Origin: Nitrospirota bacterium | GTDB taxonomy: Bacteria > Nitrospirota > UBA9217 | NCBI GenBank assembly: GCA_963740085.1 | Contig: CAVUCU010000001.1 | Span: 1,556,636 to 1,620,635, forward strand | Length of the DNA stretch: 64,000 nt | Direction of reading: 5' to 3' | Shown here: positions 1 to 12,587 of the stretch, one piece after another | Layout: every line of letters begins with the position of its first letter | Position numbering within the stretch: the stretch's first letter is position 1 | Made by a program: the position numbers and the translations under genes | The notes under the pieces: model-generated | What the model was told of the DNA's origin: nothing | The model's input: the letters and a program-made list of their open reading frames with translations, nothing else | Database searches by the model: none

Positions 1-493
1 TCACCTGCCTCATCCAGACATCCCGGGCCTCGTCCCGCTTGCCGAGACGGAACAGGTTGTCAGCGAGACTATACAGGCTTTTTTCCTTTACCTCGCGGTT
101 CGAATATTCGGCGGCCCTGCGGTATTCTACCGCGGCGCGTTCGTAATCGCTGTACCCGAGTTCGTAGATCTGGGCAATATACCATTGGGCAGCGGGCGCC
201 ATGTCCCGATGAGGATACTGCTTCAAGAGCAGTCTAAATGTCTGGAGCGACTTCTCTGTTTCACCAAGATAGAGAAACTGCGTTACCCCGGCCCAGTAAA
301 GCGCGTCGTCCGCCCGCGAGCTGGAGGGGTGCTCCTTAACGAGGGCAAAATACAACTTGACCGCATTCTGGTAGTCGCCTGCGTTCCAGGATTTGGTCGC
401 CGCCTCAAACTCGTTCTGCGCGGACTTATCAAAAACATCGCATCCGGCCAGCAAGAACATCCCGAGCAGAAGAACAATCAAACCCTTTTTCAT
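1..493 (-). CDS. TPR-repeat lipoprotein (BamD/YbgF-like), 3' end runs off the window
   Basis: Not in the ORF track. Manual translation from ATG at 493 (ATGA overlap with the gyrA stop) gives [23 protein letters not shown]...YQNAVKLY...[15 protein letters not shown], with a LAGC lipobox and TPR-like motifs. Confidence 0.8.
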   Translation of the reverse strand, partial: MKKGLIVLLLGMFLLAGCDVFDKSAQNEFEAATKSWNAGDYQNAVKLYFALVKEHPSSSRADDALYWAGVTQFLYLGETEKSLQTFRLLLKQYPHRDMAPAAQWYIAQIYELGYSDYERAAVEYRRAAEYSNREVKEKSLYSLADNLFRLGKRDEARDVWMRQV

Positions 494-3003
494 GACGCAC
501 TGGTATCCTGGCTATCGGAGCTATGGGACGGTTCCGGTACGCTCTTTTCCGGTACGGCTTCTTTCTCTTCTTCACGCTCCACGAGTTTGGCAAAGCTGAC
601 CACATGGTCGCCCTCTTCGATATCGAAAAGGCGCACACCCTGAGTATTCCGGCCCTGGACCGAGATGTCCTTTGCCCGGATGCGCAACACCTTGCCATTC
701 GACGTGATGAGAATGATCTCGTCTTCCGCGGAGACCTGGGCCATGCCGATGACCCGGCCGTTCTTTTCCGTGATCTTGATCGTGATGATGCCCTTGCCGC
801 CCCTGCCCTGGCTCCGGTAGTCTTCGAGTGTACTTCGTTTTCCGTAGCCGTACTCGGTTGCCGTAAGGATCGTGGAATCATCCCTGACGATCTCCATGCC
901 CACGACCTCATTGCCTTTATCGAGCCGTATCCCGATCACACCCTTGCCCGTGCGGCCGATCTCTCGCACATCGGTCTCCGAGAACCGGATCGAAAGACCA
1001 TCCCGTGTGCCAAGGAACACGTCGCATTTGCCGTCCGTCACCTCGGCCGCGATGAGCTCGTCACCCTCTTCAAGCGTGATCGCGATGATGCCCGACGGCC
1101 GCGGATGGCTGTAGGATTCGAGCTCCGTTTTTTTGATGATGCCCTTTTTGGTCGCCATGAGTATGAAATGACCAGGCGTAAATTCACGGACCGGGAGCGC
1201 TGCCGTGACCCGCTCGTCCCGTCCGATCTGAATAAGGTTTACGATTGCCTTCCCCTTTGCCTGCCTGCTGGCTTCGGGGATCTGGTGAACCTTGAGCCAA
1301 TATACCCGGCCTTTGTTCGTGAAAAAAAGGATATAGCTGTGAGCCGTGGCCGTAAAGAGACGTTCCACAAAGTCTTCTTCTTTGGTCTCCATGCCGATCT
1401 TGCCCTTGCCGCCCCGTTTCTGTGCGCGGTAGTTCGTCAGCACGTTTCGCTTGATGTATCCCGCATGGGAGATGGTAATAACCATCTCCTCGTCTTTGAT
1501 CAGGTCTTCGATGTCGATCTCCGAGGTCTGCGCCACAATCTCGGTCCGGCGTACATCGCCATACTCGGACTTTATGGCAAGCAGCTCGTCCCTGATGATC
1601 TTCATCACCAGGCCGCCGGAACCGAGGATCTCGGTCAACTTCGCGATTTCCTTCAGCACCTCTTCATATTCTGCAATGATCTTGTCGCGCTCAAGTCCGG
1701 TGAGCCGCTGGAGCCGCATCTCAAGGATTGCCTGGGCCTGGATCTCCGAGAGCTTGAACTCACGAACAAGCCCTATCCTGGCCTCCTCGGGGTTTGCCGA
1801 CGCCTTGATCAGCGCGATGACCGCATCGAGGTTATCGAGCGCTATTTTAAGACCCAACAGAATGTGCGCGCGCTCTTCAGCTTTTCTCAGGTCGAACTTG
1901 GTCCTGCGCACCACCACTTCCCGGCGATGCTGAATGAAGTTCGACAGGAGCTTGCGCAGATTCAGCACACGCGGCTGGTTGTTCACCAGGGCGAGCATGA
2001 TCACCCCGAAGGTCGACTGCATGGCCGTGTGTTTGAAGAGCTGGTTCAGGATAACCGTCGAGAGCTCTCCTTTTTTGAGGTCGATCGCGATGCGCATGCC
2101 TTCGCGGTCCGACTCATCGCGTATCTCGGCAATGCCCGTGATCTTCTTTTCCTGCACAAGCTCGGCGATCCGCTCGAGCAATCTTGCCTTGTTAACCTGA
2201 TAGGGAAGTTCGGTCACGATGATGCTCTCGCGGTCCCCCCTGCCTTCTTCGATCACTGCCCGGGCCCGCATCTGGATGATTCCACGGCCCGTAAGATAGG
2301 TCTGTTTGATCCCTTCATAGCCGTGGATAAATCCGGCTGTCGGGAAATCCGGCCCTTTGATCGCGGTCATGAGCTCGGGGATCGTGACCTCGGTGTTGTC
2401 GATCATCATTACGAGCGCGTCGACAACTTCGGACAGGTTGTGCGGCGGAATATTCGTCGCCATGCCCACGGCAATGCCGGCAGAACCGTTGATGAGCAGA
2501 TTCGGCACGCGCGTGGGAAGCACCGACGGCTCGACCGTCGTGTCATCGAAATTCGGGGTAAAGTCAACCGTCTCCTTGTCGATGTCTGCAAGCAGCTCTT
2601 CGGCCAATTTGGTGAGTCGCGCTTCGGTATACCGGTACGCTGCAGCCGGGTCGCCATCAACTGAACCGAAATTGCCCTGACCGTCCACCAGCGGATAGCG
2701 CATGTTGAAGTCCTGGGCCATCCTGACCATGGTGTCATACACCGCGCTGTCTCCGTGAGGATGGTACTTCTTCAGGACCTCGCCCACCACCCCGGCGCTC
2801 TTTGAATACTTCCTGTTATGCAGAAGCCCTTCACGGAACATGGCGTAAAGGATCCTGCGATGGACGGGTTTCAACCCGTCGCGTACATCCGGAAGGGCCC
2901 GCCCCACGATGACGCTCATGGAATAATCGAGGTAGGAGGTTTTCATCTCCTGCTCGATATTGATCTGTGATTTTATTTCCTGAGGTTCCATAAGTCCGTC
3001 CAT
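490..3003 (-). CDS. gyrA: DNA gyrase subunit A
   Basis: [30 protein letters not shown] catalytic Tyr, GyrA-box QKRGGKG and C-terminal repeats. Confidence 0.99.
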   Translation of the reverse strand: MDGLMEPQEIKSQINIEQEMKTSYLDYSMSVIVGRALPDVRDGLKPVHRRILYAMFREGLLHNRKYSKSAGVVGEVLKKYHPHGDSAVYDTMVRMAQDFNMRYPLVDGQGNFGSVDGDPAAAYRYTEARLTKLAEELLADIDKETVDFTPNFDDTTVEPSVLPTRVPNLLINGSAGIAVGMATNIPPHNLSEVVDALVMMIDNTEVTIPELMTAIKGPDFPTAGFIHGYEGIKQTYLTGRGIIQMRARAVIEEGRGDRESIIVTELPYQVNKARLLERIAELVQEKKITGIAEIRDESDREGMRIAIDLKKGELSTVILNQLFKHTAMQSTFGVIMLALVNNQPRVLNLRKLLSNFIQHRREVVVRRTKFDLRKAEERAHILLGLKIALDNLDAVIALIKASANPEEARIGLVREFKLSEIQAQAILEMRLQRLTGLERDKIIAEYEEVLKEIAKLTEILGSGGLVMKIIRDELLAIKSEYGDVRRTEIVAQTSEIDIEDLIKDEEMVITISHAGYIKRNVLTNYRAQKRGGKGKIGMETKEEDFVERLFTATAHSYILFFTNKGRVYWLKVHQIPEASRQAKGKAIVNLIQIGRDERVTAALPVREFTPGHFILMATKKGIIKKTELESYSHPRPSGIIAITLEEGDELIAAEVTDGKCDVFLGTRDGLSIRFSETDVREIGRTGKGVIGIRLDKGNEVVGMEIVRDDSTILTATEYGYGKRSTLEDYRSQGRGGKGIITIKITEKNGRVIGMAQVSAEDEIILITSNGKVLRIRAKDISVQGRNTQGVRLFDIEEGDHVVSFAKLVEREEEKEAVPEKSVPEPSHSSDSQDTSAS

Positions 3004-3004
3004 T

Positions 3005-3082
3005 GAGCCTTACGAGTCTGATGGGTCTAAAGAGCTGGATTTTAACTCGTTAGACACGTGAGACCCTTTAGACTCTCGACTC
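3005..3082. repeat. Hairpin insert with 9-nt periodic arms (GAGTCTnnn family)
   Basis: GAGCCTTAC GAGTCTGAT GGGTCTAAA GAG ... CTC GTTAGACAC GTGAGACCC TTTAGACTC fills the gyrB-gyrA gap. Confidence 0.8.
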
Positions 3083-3084
3083 GT

Positions 3085-5511
<2,427 letters not shown>

Positions 5512-5548
5512 TTACCGCACCATGCGGAGCAATCCCTCGCCGAACGAC

Positions 5549-5632
5549 AAACGCTAAATCTGAAACTCTAAATCCTAATATATGCAAATGCATCTTGTTG
5601 TTTAGGATTTCGTGCTTAGAAATTCGGACTTG
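5549..5632. repeat. Hairpin insert with 7-nt periodic arms (TCCTAAA/TTTAGGA family)
   Basis: CGCTAAA TCTGAAA CTCTAAA TCCTAAT ... TTTAGGA TTTCGTG CTTAGAA ATTCGGA between dnaN and gyrB. Confidence 0.75.
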
Positions 5633-5638
5633 TTATCC

Positions 5639-6754
5639 TTACACTCTCATCGGCATCACAACGCACTTGTAGTTTTCGTCGCCCTCTTCAGTTATCAGGC
5701 AAGGGCTCAGTGCATCGCTCAGTTCAAGAGAGATGATCTCCCGGTCCATGGCCAAAAGCACATCCATGAGATAGCGCGAGTTGAACCCGATCGCGATCGA
5801 CTCTCCCTTGTAATCCACCGCCATCTCTTCATTTGCCTCACCCACTTCCGGATTGTTCGTGGAGAGAATGAGCCGGCCCGGATCGAGCTGCAGCTTCACG
5901 GCGTTGGTCTTTTCCTTGGAAAGGATCGAAACGCGCTTCACCGCGTGTGTGAATGCGTCCTTGGACACGGAGACCTTCTTCGTGCTCTTCGCGGGCACAA
6001 CCTGGAGATAGTTTGGATAGTTGCCGTCTATGAGCTTTGATACCATGATAAGTCCATCGCGCTTGAACAGCGCGTGGTTCTTGCTGAATCCCAGGCGGAG
6101 CTCCGCCTTCGGCGCATCTTCCTCAAGGAGCCGTCGGAGCTCCACCATCGCCTTTTTGGGGATGATGACGCTCTCTTCCTTGTGTTTTTCGTCCACCACC
6201 CGGTCGACCATCGAAAGCCGGTGTCCGTCGGTACCAACCATACGGATGTTGAGACCGCTCTTGGACTGGGTCATATGGACAAAGAGGCCGTTCAGTACAT
6301 ACCGCGCATCGTTCTCGCCCACGGCGTAGAGCGTCTTCTTGATCATGTCGCGCAAGGTATCGCCTTCGATGATGATCATGCCTTCTTCCGCAACATCCGG
6401 GAGCGCGGGGTACTCGTCCCTGGGTAAGCCGACCAGCTTGAACTGTGAGTGGCCTGTTTGTATCTTTACCCAGTTGTTGTCTTCGACTTTGATCTGGATG
6501 TCCTCTGCCGGGAGCTCCCGTACGATCTCATACATCTTTTTCGCCGACACGGTGACAGAGCCGGGCTTCTCCACCACCGCCGCATATCGTCCGCGCAACC
6601 CGATCTCAAGGTCCGTCGCGATGATCTCGACGCCGCTGGTGTCGGCAATGAGGAGCATGTTCGAAAGAATGGGCATGGTGTTCTTCTTTTCCACGACACC
6701 TTGAATCCTCTGTAACCCCTTCAGAATTTCCTCTTTTTTTATTGTCAGTTTCAT
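5639..6754 (-). CDS. dnaN: DNA polymerase III beta sliding clamp
   Basis: MPILSN, ATDLEI, GTDGHRL, C-terminal VVMPMRV; directly downstream of dnaA. Confidence 0.99.
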   Translation of the reverse strand: MKLTIKKEEILKGLQRIQGVVEKKNTMPILSNMLLIADTSGVEIIATDLEIGLRGRYAAVVEKPGSVTVSAKKMYEIVRELPAEDIQIKVEDNNWVKIQTGHSQFKLVGLPRDEYPALPDVAEEGMIIIEGDTLRDMIKKTLYAVGENDARYVLNGLFVHMTQSKSGLNIRMVGTDGHRLSMVDRVVDEKHKEESVIIPKKAMVELRRLLEEDAPKAELRLGFSKNHALFKRDGLIMVSKLIDGNYPNYLQVVPAKSTKKVSVSKDAFTHAVKRVSILSKEKTNAVKLQLDPGRLILSTNNPEVGEANEEMAVDYKGESIAIGFNSRYLMDVLLAMDREIISLELSDALSPCLITEEGDENYKCVVMPMRV

Positions 6755-6841
6755 CAGGAACGCCTCCTGTTACAACTTCGAAATTCTATCAGAATCCCTC
6801 TTAAAAAGCAATTAAATTATTTGGTGTATTGTTTATTCTTT

Positions 6842-8173
6842 TCAATGTCTTAGCTGCTTAATTAACATCTCTACCTTGGCTTTTAATTCCGGGTCTTTTT
6901 CTTTTTTTTCTTCGATCACTTTGCATGCGTGGATAACGGTGCTGTGGTCCTTGCCGCCAAAAAAATTGCCGATTTCCGGAAGCGATGATCCGGCGAGACT
7001 TCGGCAAAGATACATGGCTACCTGGCGCGGCAGTACCACCGCCCTGGTGCGGCGTTTCGATTTGAGATCAGAAATCTTCACGCCGAACGCTTCGGACACG
7101 ACTTTCTGCACCAGCTCGTTGGTAATGACCCGTTCACGGCTGTCAAGAAGGTACTTAAGCTCATTTTTGGCAAGTTCCTGAGTTATCTCGGTGTTCGTAA
7201 GCGATGAGACAGCGCCGAGCTTCACCAGGCCTCCTTCGAGCTCCCGGATGTTGCTCTTCATCATCAAGGCAAGAAATTCCGCAACGTCATCGGGCAGGCG
7301 TATGCTCCAGAACTCCGCCTTTTTCTTCAGGATCGCGATCCGGGTTTCAAGGTCGGGCAGCTGAATGTCCGTTATCAGGCCGGACTCAAAACGCGAACGG
7401 AGCCGTTCTTCGATATCAGGAATTTCCTTGGGTTGCCGGTCGCTGGTGAGCACGATCTGCTTCTGAGCTTCATAAAGAGTGTTGAATGTATGAAAAAATT
7501 CCTCTTGGGTCCTCTCTTTGCCGGCAATAAACTGAATATCATCAATGAGCAGAACATCCATGTTCCGATATTTCTGACGGAACTCCTCCATCCGCTGATG
7601 ACTCATTTTGTTGATAAGTTCGTTCGTGAACTGCTCGGACGAGAGATACGCAACTTTAGTTCGCGGTGACTTGCTCTGAATGTGGTGGCCGATAGCGTTC
7701 ACGAGATGTGTCTTGCCCAACCCGACGCCGCTGTAAATAAAGAGCGGATTGTACGACCGGCCCGGCGCGTCCGCCACAGCTCTGGCCGCGGCGTGCGCAA
7801 ATTGGTTGCTGGGGCCAACGACAAAATTGGTAAAGGTATACTTTTTTTCGAAAAGGCCTATCTTGTCCTCGCGGCCCTCTTTTTTTTCTTCTTTTGCATG
7901 ACGAACAGCTTTTTTCACCGTCACTTGGGGCTGGACAAAAAAATCGATTTCCATGTCCTCTCGCTTCGTAACTTCCTTGATGACATCGGAAAGAGTGCTC
8001 CAATGATGCTCTTTTATCCAGTCCCGATGAAACTTACTCGGGACCTCGATCTGTATCTTACTGCCATCGATTGACAGGAGCTTCGACTGACTAAACCAGG
8101 TGTCATAACCCTGCTTGGACATTCGGTTTTCTATGAGCAATAGTATCTCTTCCCAAACACGTTCCTGATCCAT
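6842..8173 (-). CDS. dnaA: Chromosomal replication initiator DnaA
   Basis: YNPLFIYSGVGLGKTHL, LLIDDIQF, RLRSRF, RELEG, GGKDHSTV. Confidence 0.99.
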   Translation of the reverse strand: MDQERVWEEILLLIENRMSKQGYDTWFSQSKLLSIDGSKIQIEVPSKFHRDWIKEHHWSTLSDVIKEVTKREDMEIDFFVQPQVTVKKAVRHAKEEKKEGREDKIGLFEKKYTFTNFVVGPSNQFAHAAARAVADAPGRSYNPLFIYSGVGLGKTHLVNAIGHHIQSKSPRTKVAYLSSEQFTNELINKMSHQRMEEFRQKYRNMDVLLIDDIQFIAGKERTQEEFFHTFNTLYEAQKQIVLTSDRQPKEIPDIEERLRSRFESGLITDIQLPDLETRIAILKKKAEFWSIRLPDDVAEFLALMMKSNIRELEGGLVKLGAVSSLTNTEITQELAKNELKYLLDSRERVITNELVQKVVSEAFGVKISDLKSKRRTRAVVLPRQVAMYLCRSLAGSSLPEIGNFFGGKDHSTVIHACKVIEEKKEKDPELKAKVEMLIKQLRH

Positions 8174-8219
8174 ACATACCCCAAAATACCCCGAAAAACC
8201 GCCCTAGTTACAAACATGC

Positions 8220-8239
8220 TTATCCACAGGTGTGGACAA
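8220..8239. promoter_or_regulatory. Inverted DnaA-box pair upstream of dnaA
   Basis: Perfect TTATCCACA at 8220-8228 and TGTGGACAA at 8231-8239 (reverse complement TTGTCCACA). Confidence 0.85.
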
Positions 8240-8399
8240 TGTGTTTTTTTATTAATTTTCCTGTAGTTACTACTTCATGCGGAGGCTTATCGTCCGCTTT
8301 TCGATGCCCTATTTTTACGAGTTTTTGTGTATTGCTGCCTAACCGAGCCTAGCATGCATCTTGCTAGTCTGTTCTGAACGCCGCATGCGAACGTGGCAG

Positions 8400-8428
8400 A
8401 CTATACCAGAACACAGGCCTTCTGGCAA
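8400..8428 (-). promoter_or_regulatory. Sigma70-type dnaA promoter
   Basis: Minus strand TTGCCA (8423-8428), 17 bp, TATAGT (8400-8405) with extended TG. Confidence 0.65.
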
Positions 8429-8435
8429 GGTATTT

Positions 8436-8453
8436 TTATCCACATTGTCCCCC
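8436..8453 (+). promoter_or_regulatory. DnaA box plus degenerate tandem box beside the dnaA -35
   Basis: TTATCCACA 8436-8444 followed by TTGTCCCCC. Confidence 0.8.
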
Positions 8454-8599
8454 TGTTCTCCCGCCTCCTCGGTATTGTTCTGTGTCAAAAACATGCCTGG
8501 TAAACTGACATATCACGAACCATGAATTAAGCACAGCAGATTAAAAATCATCAATCTCCCGATTGTTTCTTGCGCTCTTCTCCATGATAATATAATTGC

Positions 8600-8627
8600 T
8601 TGACATTGCAACTATCAATAGTATAAT
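8600..8627 (+). promoter_or_regulatory. Consensus sigma70 promoter for tusA-dsrE2
   Basis: TTGACA 8600-8605, 16 bp, TATAAT 8622-8627. Confidence 0.75.
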
Positions 8628-8680
8628 ATAACAGTCGTTTCAAACGACGAGTTGTTTTCTATTTTTCGGAGGTGACGGAT

Positions 8681-8923
8681 ATGTCAGAAGATATAAAGTT
8701 TGATCAGTTTTTAGATGCAAAGGGAATGAGCTGCCCGCTGCCGATTTTAAAAACAAAAAAAGCAGTGGACGCACTTTCAAAGGACCAGGTTCTCAAGGTA
8801 GAGTCCACGGATGCCGGTTCAAAGAACGATATGGCATCATGGGCAAAAAGAACAGGTAATGTGATCCTGAAAACAGAGGAAGCATCGGGCACGTATACCT
8901 TCTACATTAGAAAAACCACCTAA
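8681..8923 (+). CDS. tusA: TusA/SirA-family sulfurtransferase
   Basis: LDAKGMSCPLP motif; GGAGGTGA RBS before ATG 8681. Confidence 0.9.
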   Translation: MSEDIKFDQFLDAKGMSCPLPILKTKKAVDALSKDQVLKVESTDAGSKNDMASWAKRTGNVILKTEEASGTYTFYIRKTT

Positions 8924-8938
8924 GGAGAACACAATATC

Positions 8939-9412
8939 ATGGCAAACAAAAAATTGACGATCATCGCGTCCAAAGGCTCACTGGATATGGCCTACCCGCC
9001 ATTGATCCTCGCCACCACTGCCGCGTCGATGGATGTCGATACAACGATCTTCTTCACCTTTTACGGACTGGAGATCATCAAAAAGGGCAACGCAGACAAG
9101 CTGAAGATCTCTCCCCTCGGAAATCCTGCCATGCCGATGCCCATGCCGATCCCGACGCTGATTTCGTCACTGCCGGGCATGGAGGCCATGGCGACCGCCA
9201 TGATGAAGTCCATGTTCAATAAACACGGCGTGGCGACCATCGGCCAGTTGCTCGATCTTGCCAAGGAGGCGGGTGTAAAGCTCATCGCCTGCCAGATGAC
9301 CATGGATGTAATGGGTGTAAAGCAGTCAGACATCATCGACGGCGTTGAGTTCGGTGGTGCGGCGGCATGGCTGGATGAGGCGGCAGACTCCCAGATCAAT
9401 CTCTTCATCTGA
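8939..9412 (+). CDS. DsrE2-type (DrsE_2) sulfur-relay protein
   Basis: KGSLDMAYPPLILA, FFTFYGL, IACQMTMDVMG; follows tusA. Confidence 0.88.
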   Translation: MANKKLTIIASKGSLDMAYPPLILATTAASMDVDTTIFFTFYGLEIIKKGNADKLKISPLGNPAMPMPMPIPTLISSLPGMEAMATAMMKSMFNKHGVATIGQLLDLAKEAGVKLIACQMTMDVMGVKQSDIIDGVEFGGAAAWLDEAADSQINLFI

Positions 9413-9454
9413 AAAAAGACCCTCTTCTTTCAATCCACGTCAGCCTTAACAACT

Positions 9455-9488
9455 AAACCGGTTCCGCCCAGGGACCGGTTTGTTTTTT
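9455..9488 (+). terminator. Rho-independent terminator after dsrE2
   Basis: AAACCGGTTCC-GCCCA-GGGACCGGTTT followed by a T-tract. Confidence 0.75.
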
Positions 9489-9543
9489 CTCTTTTTTTTC
9501 TCTCCTCTGGACTTTTCCGCCGGTTTATGATAAAAATCCCTCT

Positions 9544-9888
9544 ATGCTGATTCCCGATAACCTGAAGTACGACGACAAGGGACTGATACCCGCAATCATC
9601 CAGGATTGGAAGACGAATGAGGTTTTGATGATGGCGTACATGAACGCCGCGTCGCTGCAAAAAACCGTTGCGACCGGCCTCACCTGGTATTGGAGCCGCT
9701 CACGACAGAAGTTCTGGCAAAAGGGCGAGACCTCCGGCCATATTCAGCGCGTTAAGGAAATTCTCTACGATTGCGATCAAGACACGCTGCTCATCAAGGT
9801 AGAACAGACCGGGCCTGCCTGTCATACAGGAGAGCGGTCCTGCTTTTTCAGAAGCTTTGCCGGCGATTCGCAAGGAGAAAAAAAATGA
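9544..9888 (+). CDS. hisI: Phosphoribosyl-AMP cyclohydrolase
   Basis: [33 protein letters not shown]. Confidence 0.96.
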   Translation: MLIPDNLKYDDKGLIPAIIQDWKTNEVLMMAYMNAASLQKTVATGLTWYWSRSRQKFWQKGETSGHIQRVKEILYDCDQDTLLIKVEQTGPACHTGERSCFFRSFAGDSQGEKK

Positions 9889-10238
9889 GCCTGGCCTCAA
9901 ACTGCCTGTTTTGCAGGATCATCGAGAAAAAGATCCCCGCAAAGATCGTCCACGAGGACGAATACTCGATCGCTTTTGAGGACCTCAACCCCCAGGCGCC
10001 GGTCCATACGCTCATTGTGCCGAAAAAACATATCGCAGATATTCACAGTCTCGTTGTCACGGACCGCGAAATCATCGGGCACTTGTTCTTTGTTGCCAAG
10101 ACCCTTGCTTCCCAGCAGGGGCTCGATAAGGGTGGTTATCGGATGGTCATCAATAACGGGCAGGATGCCGGCCAGTCTGTTTTCCATGTTCATCTTCATC
10201 TGTTATCCGGCCGCAAATTCGCGTGGCCTCCGGGTTAA
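9885..10238 (+). CDS. HIT-family nucleotide-binding protein (HinT-like)
   Basis: CLFC, PQAPVH, HVHLHLL histidine triad; start ATG 9885 overlaps the hisI stop (ATGA). Confidence 0.93.
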   Translation: MSLASNCLFCRIIEKKIPAKIVHEDEYSIAFEDLNPQAPVHTLIVPKKHIADIHSLVVTDREIIGHLFFVAKTLASQQGLDKGGYRMVINNGQDAGQSVFHVHLHLLSGRKFAWPPG

Positions 10239-10264
10239 TAAACTGCTAACATTTTCCTGTGAAT

Positions 10265-10485
10265 GTTTTATTGATAAACTGTGTACAAGATTTCATACAT
10301 GGTTATCAACACCGTTATCCTCTTTTGAACACAGAACTGACCGGTGTTTGTCCCTTCTCTATTCATCTTTTTTATCAGTACCTTTTTCCCTTTTCTCACA
10401 TATCAACAGCTCCTACTACTACTGCTACTAATTTATTTAATATATAATAATAGTAATTAAGACGAAATACCAGAAGATGGATAAC
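10265..10485 (+). other. oriC: oriC unwinding module: DnaA boxes, DnaA-trios and AT-rich DUE
   Basis: Degenerate boxes TGTGTACAA 10280, TTATCAACA 10303, TTATCCTCT 10315, TTGAACACA 10325; tandem TTTCTCACA/ATATCAACA 10392-10408; GCTC; CTACTACTACTGCTACTA 10413-10430; 29 of 30 bases A/T at 10431-10460. Confidence 0.85.
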
Positions 10486-10707
10486 TTCAGCCAAACGAGT
10501 TATTTTACAAAAAGCAGTCCATTAAAAAAAATAATTGGATATATATTCGAACCGGTGGTATCTTGATTCGCATGATGGCTCTTGCATCAGCAGGAGAATC
10601 AAAGCAGTTAAAAAAATCGAGCAATGAAAAAGAGGCCGTTTTAAAACAGTGCGTGTTTGCTCAAAGAAAAAGTATACTATAATCGGCAGTGAAACCAGGA
10701 GGAGTCA

Positions 10708-11076
10708 ATGGAAAACAAGGAATTCGTATTTGTCATCACCCATTCGTATGACGCGATCGAACGTGCAGCAGCAGCACTCCAGCTCGCAACCAACATGGCG
10801 GCTTTTGATGCCAAGATCGACTTTTTTTTAATGAACGAAGGGGTCCATCTGGCGCGCAGAGGATTTGCTGAATCCGTAACATGGCAACATGGGTTCTCAC
10901 CGATCGCAGAACTTATGAAAAGCCTGGTGGAAGATTTTGACTGCAAATTTTATATTTGTGCATCCTGTGTGAAGCCATATGGTCTTGAGGGTGCGGAATG
11001 GATCAAGAATTCAGAGGTTAAGCCGGGCTCCTTTCTTGGAGAACTCCTCATGAAACGTCAGAACGTGACGTTCTGA
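10708..11076 (+). CDS. DsrE-family protein
   Basis: FFLMNEGVHLA, YICASCV; AGGAGG RBS. Confidence 0.85.
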   Translation: MENKEFVFVITHSYDAIERAAAALQLATNMAAFDAKIDFFLMNEGVHLARRGFAESVTWQHGFSPIAELMKSLVEDFDCKFYICASCVKPYGLEGAEWIKNSEVKPGSFLGELLMKRQNVTF

Positions 11077-11096
11077 TACACCGTACAGGGAAAACC

Positions 11097-11306
11097 GTGA
11101 ACGATTATTACCTGGAAAACAAAGAGGTTATTGAGTTGCACGACCTCTTGAAAGTCCTGGGATTGTGCAATAGCGGGGGCATGGCAAAGACCGCGATCGC
11201 AGCGGGTTCTGTGAAGGTAGATGGAAACGTGGAATTGCGCAAACGATGTAAAATACGGAGAGGTCAAATCGTTGAATTTCAAGGACGGAAAATTAATGTT
11301 ATCTGA
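11097..11306 (+). CDS. S4-domain RNA-binding protein (YbcJ/YaaA-like)
   Basis: IELHDLLK...SGGMAK...VKVDGNVELRKRCKI. Confidence 0.9.
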   Translation: MNDYYLENKEVIELHDLLKVLGLCNSGGMAKTAIAAGSVKVDGNVELRKRCKIRRGQIVEFQGRKINVI

Positions 11307-11372
11307 GGAACGACAACTGTATCAGTACACATCATGCACGAACGGAGCCCAAATCCTGGTATATAAGCGCGC

Positions 11373-11948
11373 ATGAAGAATATTGCAAATTTTCTTTTCG
11401 AAGCAGGCATGCTGAAGCGCACGCCCCGAAGCGGATTTCAATTCCTCGGCACCGGAGCCGAGTCGGTGGCCGAGCACATCTTCCGCACAACGTACATCGG
11501 CTACGCGCTCGGAAAAATTGCCTCAGGGGTCAATGTAGACCGGATGATAAAAATGTGCCTGTTCCACGATCTGCCGGAAGCGCGGACCGGCGACCTCAAT
11601 TATGTGAACAAAAAATATGTACAGGCCAATGAGAAAAAAGCGGTCGAGGATCTGACGCAGACATTGTCCTTCGGCAACGAGATCAAGGAGCTCATCCAGG
11701 AGTTCGTCGAAGGAAAGACCGTGGAAGCGCAATTGGCACGCGATGCCGACCAACTGGAGATGATCCTCGCGCTCAAAGAATATAAGGACCTTGGAAACAA
11801 GTATGCGGACGAGTGGCTTGAGTTCTCGCTCAAACGACTGCAGACGTCCTCAGCACGGGAACTCGCGAAGACGGTCCTGGAAACCGACTCATCGCTGTGG
11901 TGGTTCAGTGACAAGGGCGACTGGTGGGTCAGCGGCGGCAAGCGATGA
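11373..11948 (+). CDS. HD-domain phosphohydrolase (YfbR/HDDC2-like)
   Basis: LKRTPRSG, ESVAEH, FHDLPEARTGD, DADQLE. Confidence 0.9.
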   Translation: MKNIANFLFEAGMLKRTPRSGFQFLGTGAESVAEHIFRTTYIGYALGKIASGVNVDRMIKMCLFHDLPEARTGDLNYVNKKYVQANEKKAVEDLTQTLSFGNEIKELIQEFVEGKTVEAQLARDADQLEMILALKEYKDLGNKYADEWLEFSLKRLQTSSARELAKTVLETDSSLWWFSDKGDWWVSGGKR

Positions 11949-12587
11949 TAAGTTCTCATAAGTTTCTGGCGGTGTCATGTCCGCCGGAACATTGATCCGA
12001 TAAAGAGTACATCCCCGTTGTGTGTAATGATCGACGAGCGGCGTTGTTCGTTCCCGGAAAATCGACAGTTTTTTCTCGATCAATTCCAAGTTGTCATCGA
12101 CTCGCTCTGTTCTGTCCCCCCCGATATTATCCTGAATACGACGAACAACATCATTTGGAGAACAGTCCAGAACAATAACTGCGTGGATCTCGGCAATTGC
12201 TGCGATATCCCGAGCCTGCCCCCGGTGACGCGGTATCCCATTCAGGACGAGCACATCGCGCTTGGAGAATCCGACCCTGTCCAGATACAGGGATATGATC
12301 TTTTCCGCGAGGGGGAAGTGCTCGTTCTCGAGCAGGAGGCCGAGCTTGAGAACGACGTGAATGAAATCGAGCTCCTCTTTCGCATAGGCGATTGACCGAC
12401 CGCCGGAAACAGCTCCTCTTAGCTCAGACCCGAAATCGAGGTGATGACACCGTCGTCCAAAAAGTCCTTTCTGCGCAACGACGTCACCGAGCGGGCTCTT
12501 ACCTACACCGGTGGGGCCGAGGAGGAGGATCGAGTTAACCGGGAAGGTGTAAGAAGCCGTATTTTCGGATATAAAGTTATGTGACAT
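11889..12587 (-). CDS. Adenylate kinase-like nucleoside monophosphate kinase
   Basis: P-loop GPTGVGKS, LNGIPR, RVDDN...F...TTPLVDHY; likely start 12587 overlaps the mnmA stop. Confidence 0.8.
   Translation of the reverse strand: MSHNFISENTASYTFPVNSILLLGPTGVGKSPLGDVVAQKGLFGRRCHHLDFGSELRGAVSGGRSIAYAKEELDFIHVVLKLGLLLENEHFPLAEKIISLYLDRVGFSKRDVLVLNGIPRHRGQARDIAAIAEIHAVIVLDCSPNDVVRRIQDNIGGDRTERVDDNLELIEKKLSIFRERTTPLVDHYTQRGCTLYRINVPADMTPPETYENLSSLAAADPPVALVTEPPQR

Noticed and set aside
523-2664. Long antisense ORFs (713 aa opposite gyrA; also 17879-19390, 22973-24586, 39068-40519, 60792-63368)
   Set aside because: They are shadow frames of well-supported genes, expected from GC-rich third-codon bias, and show no recognisable motifs.
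6755-6841. AT-rich dnaA-dnaN gap as the DUE
   Set aside because: It is only 87 bp with no DnaA boxes or trios; it fits a dnaN promoter (TTGCTT...TAGAAT) plus RBS.
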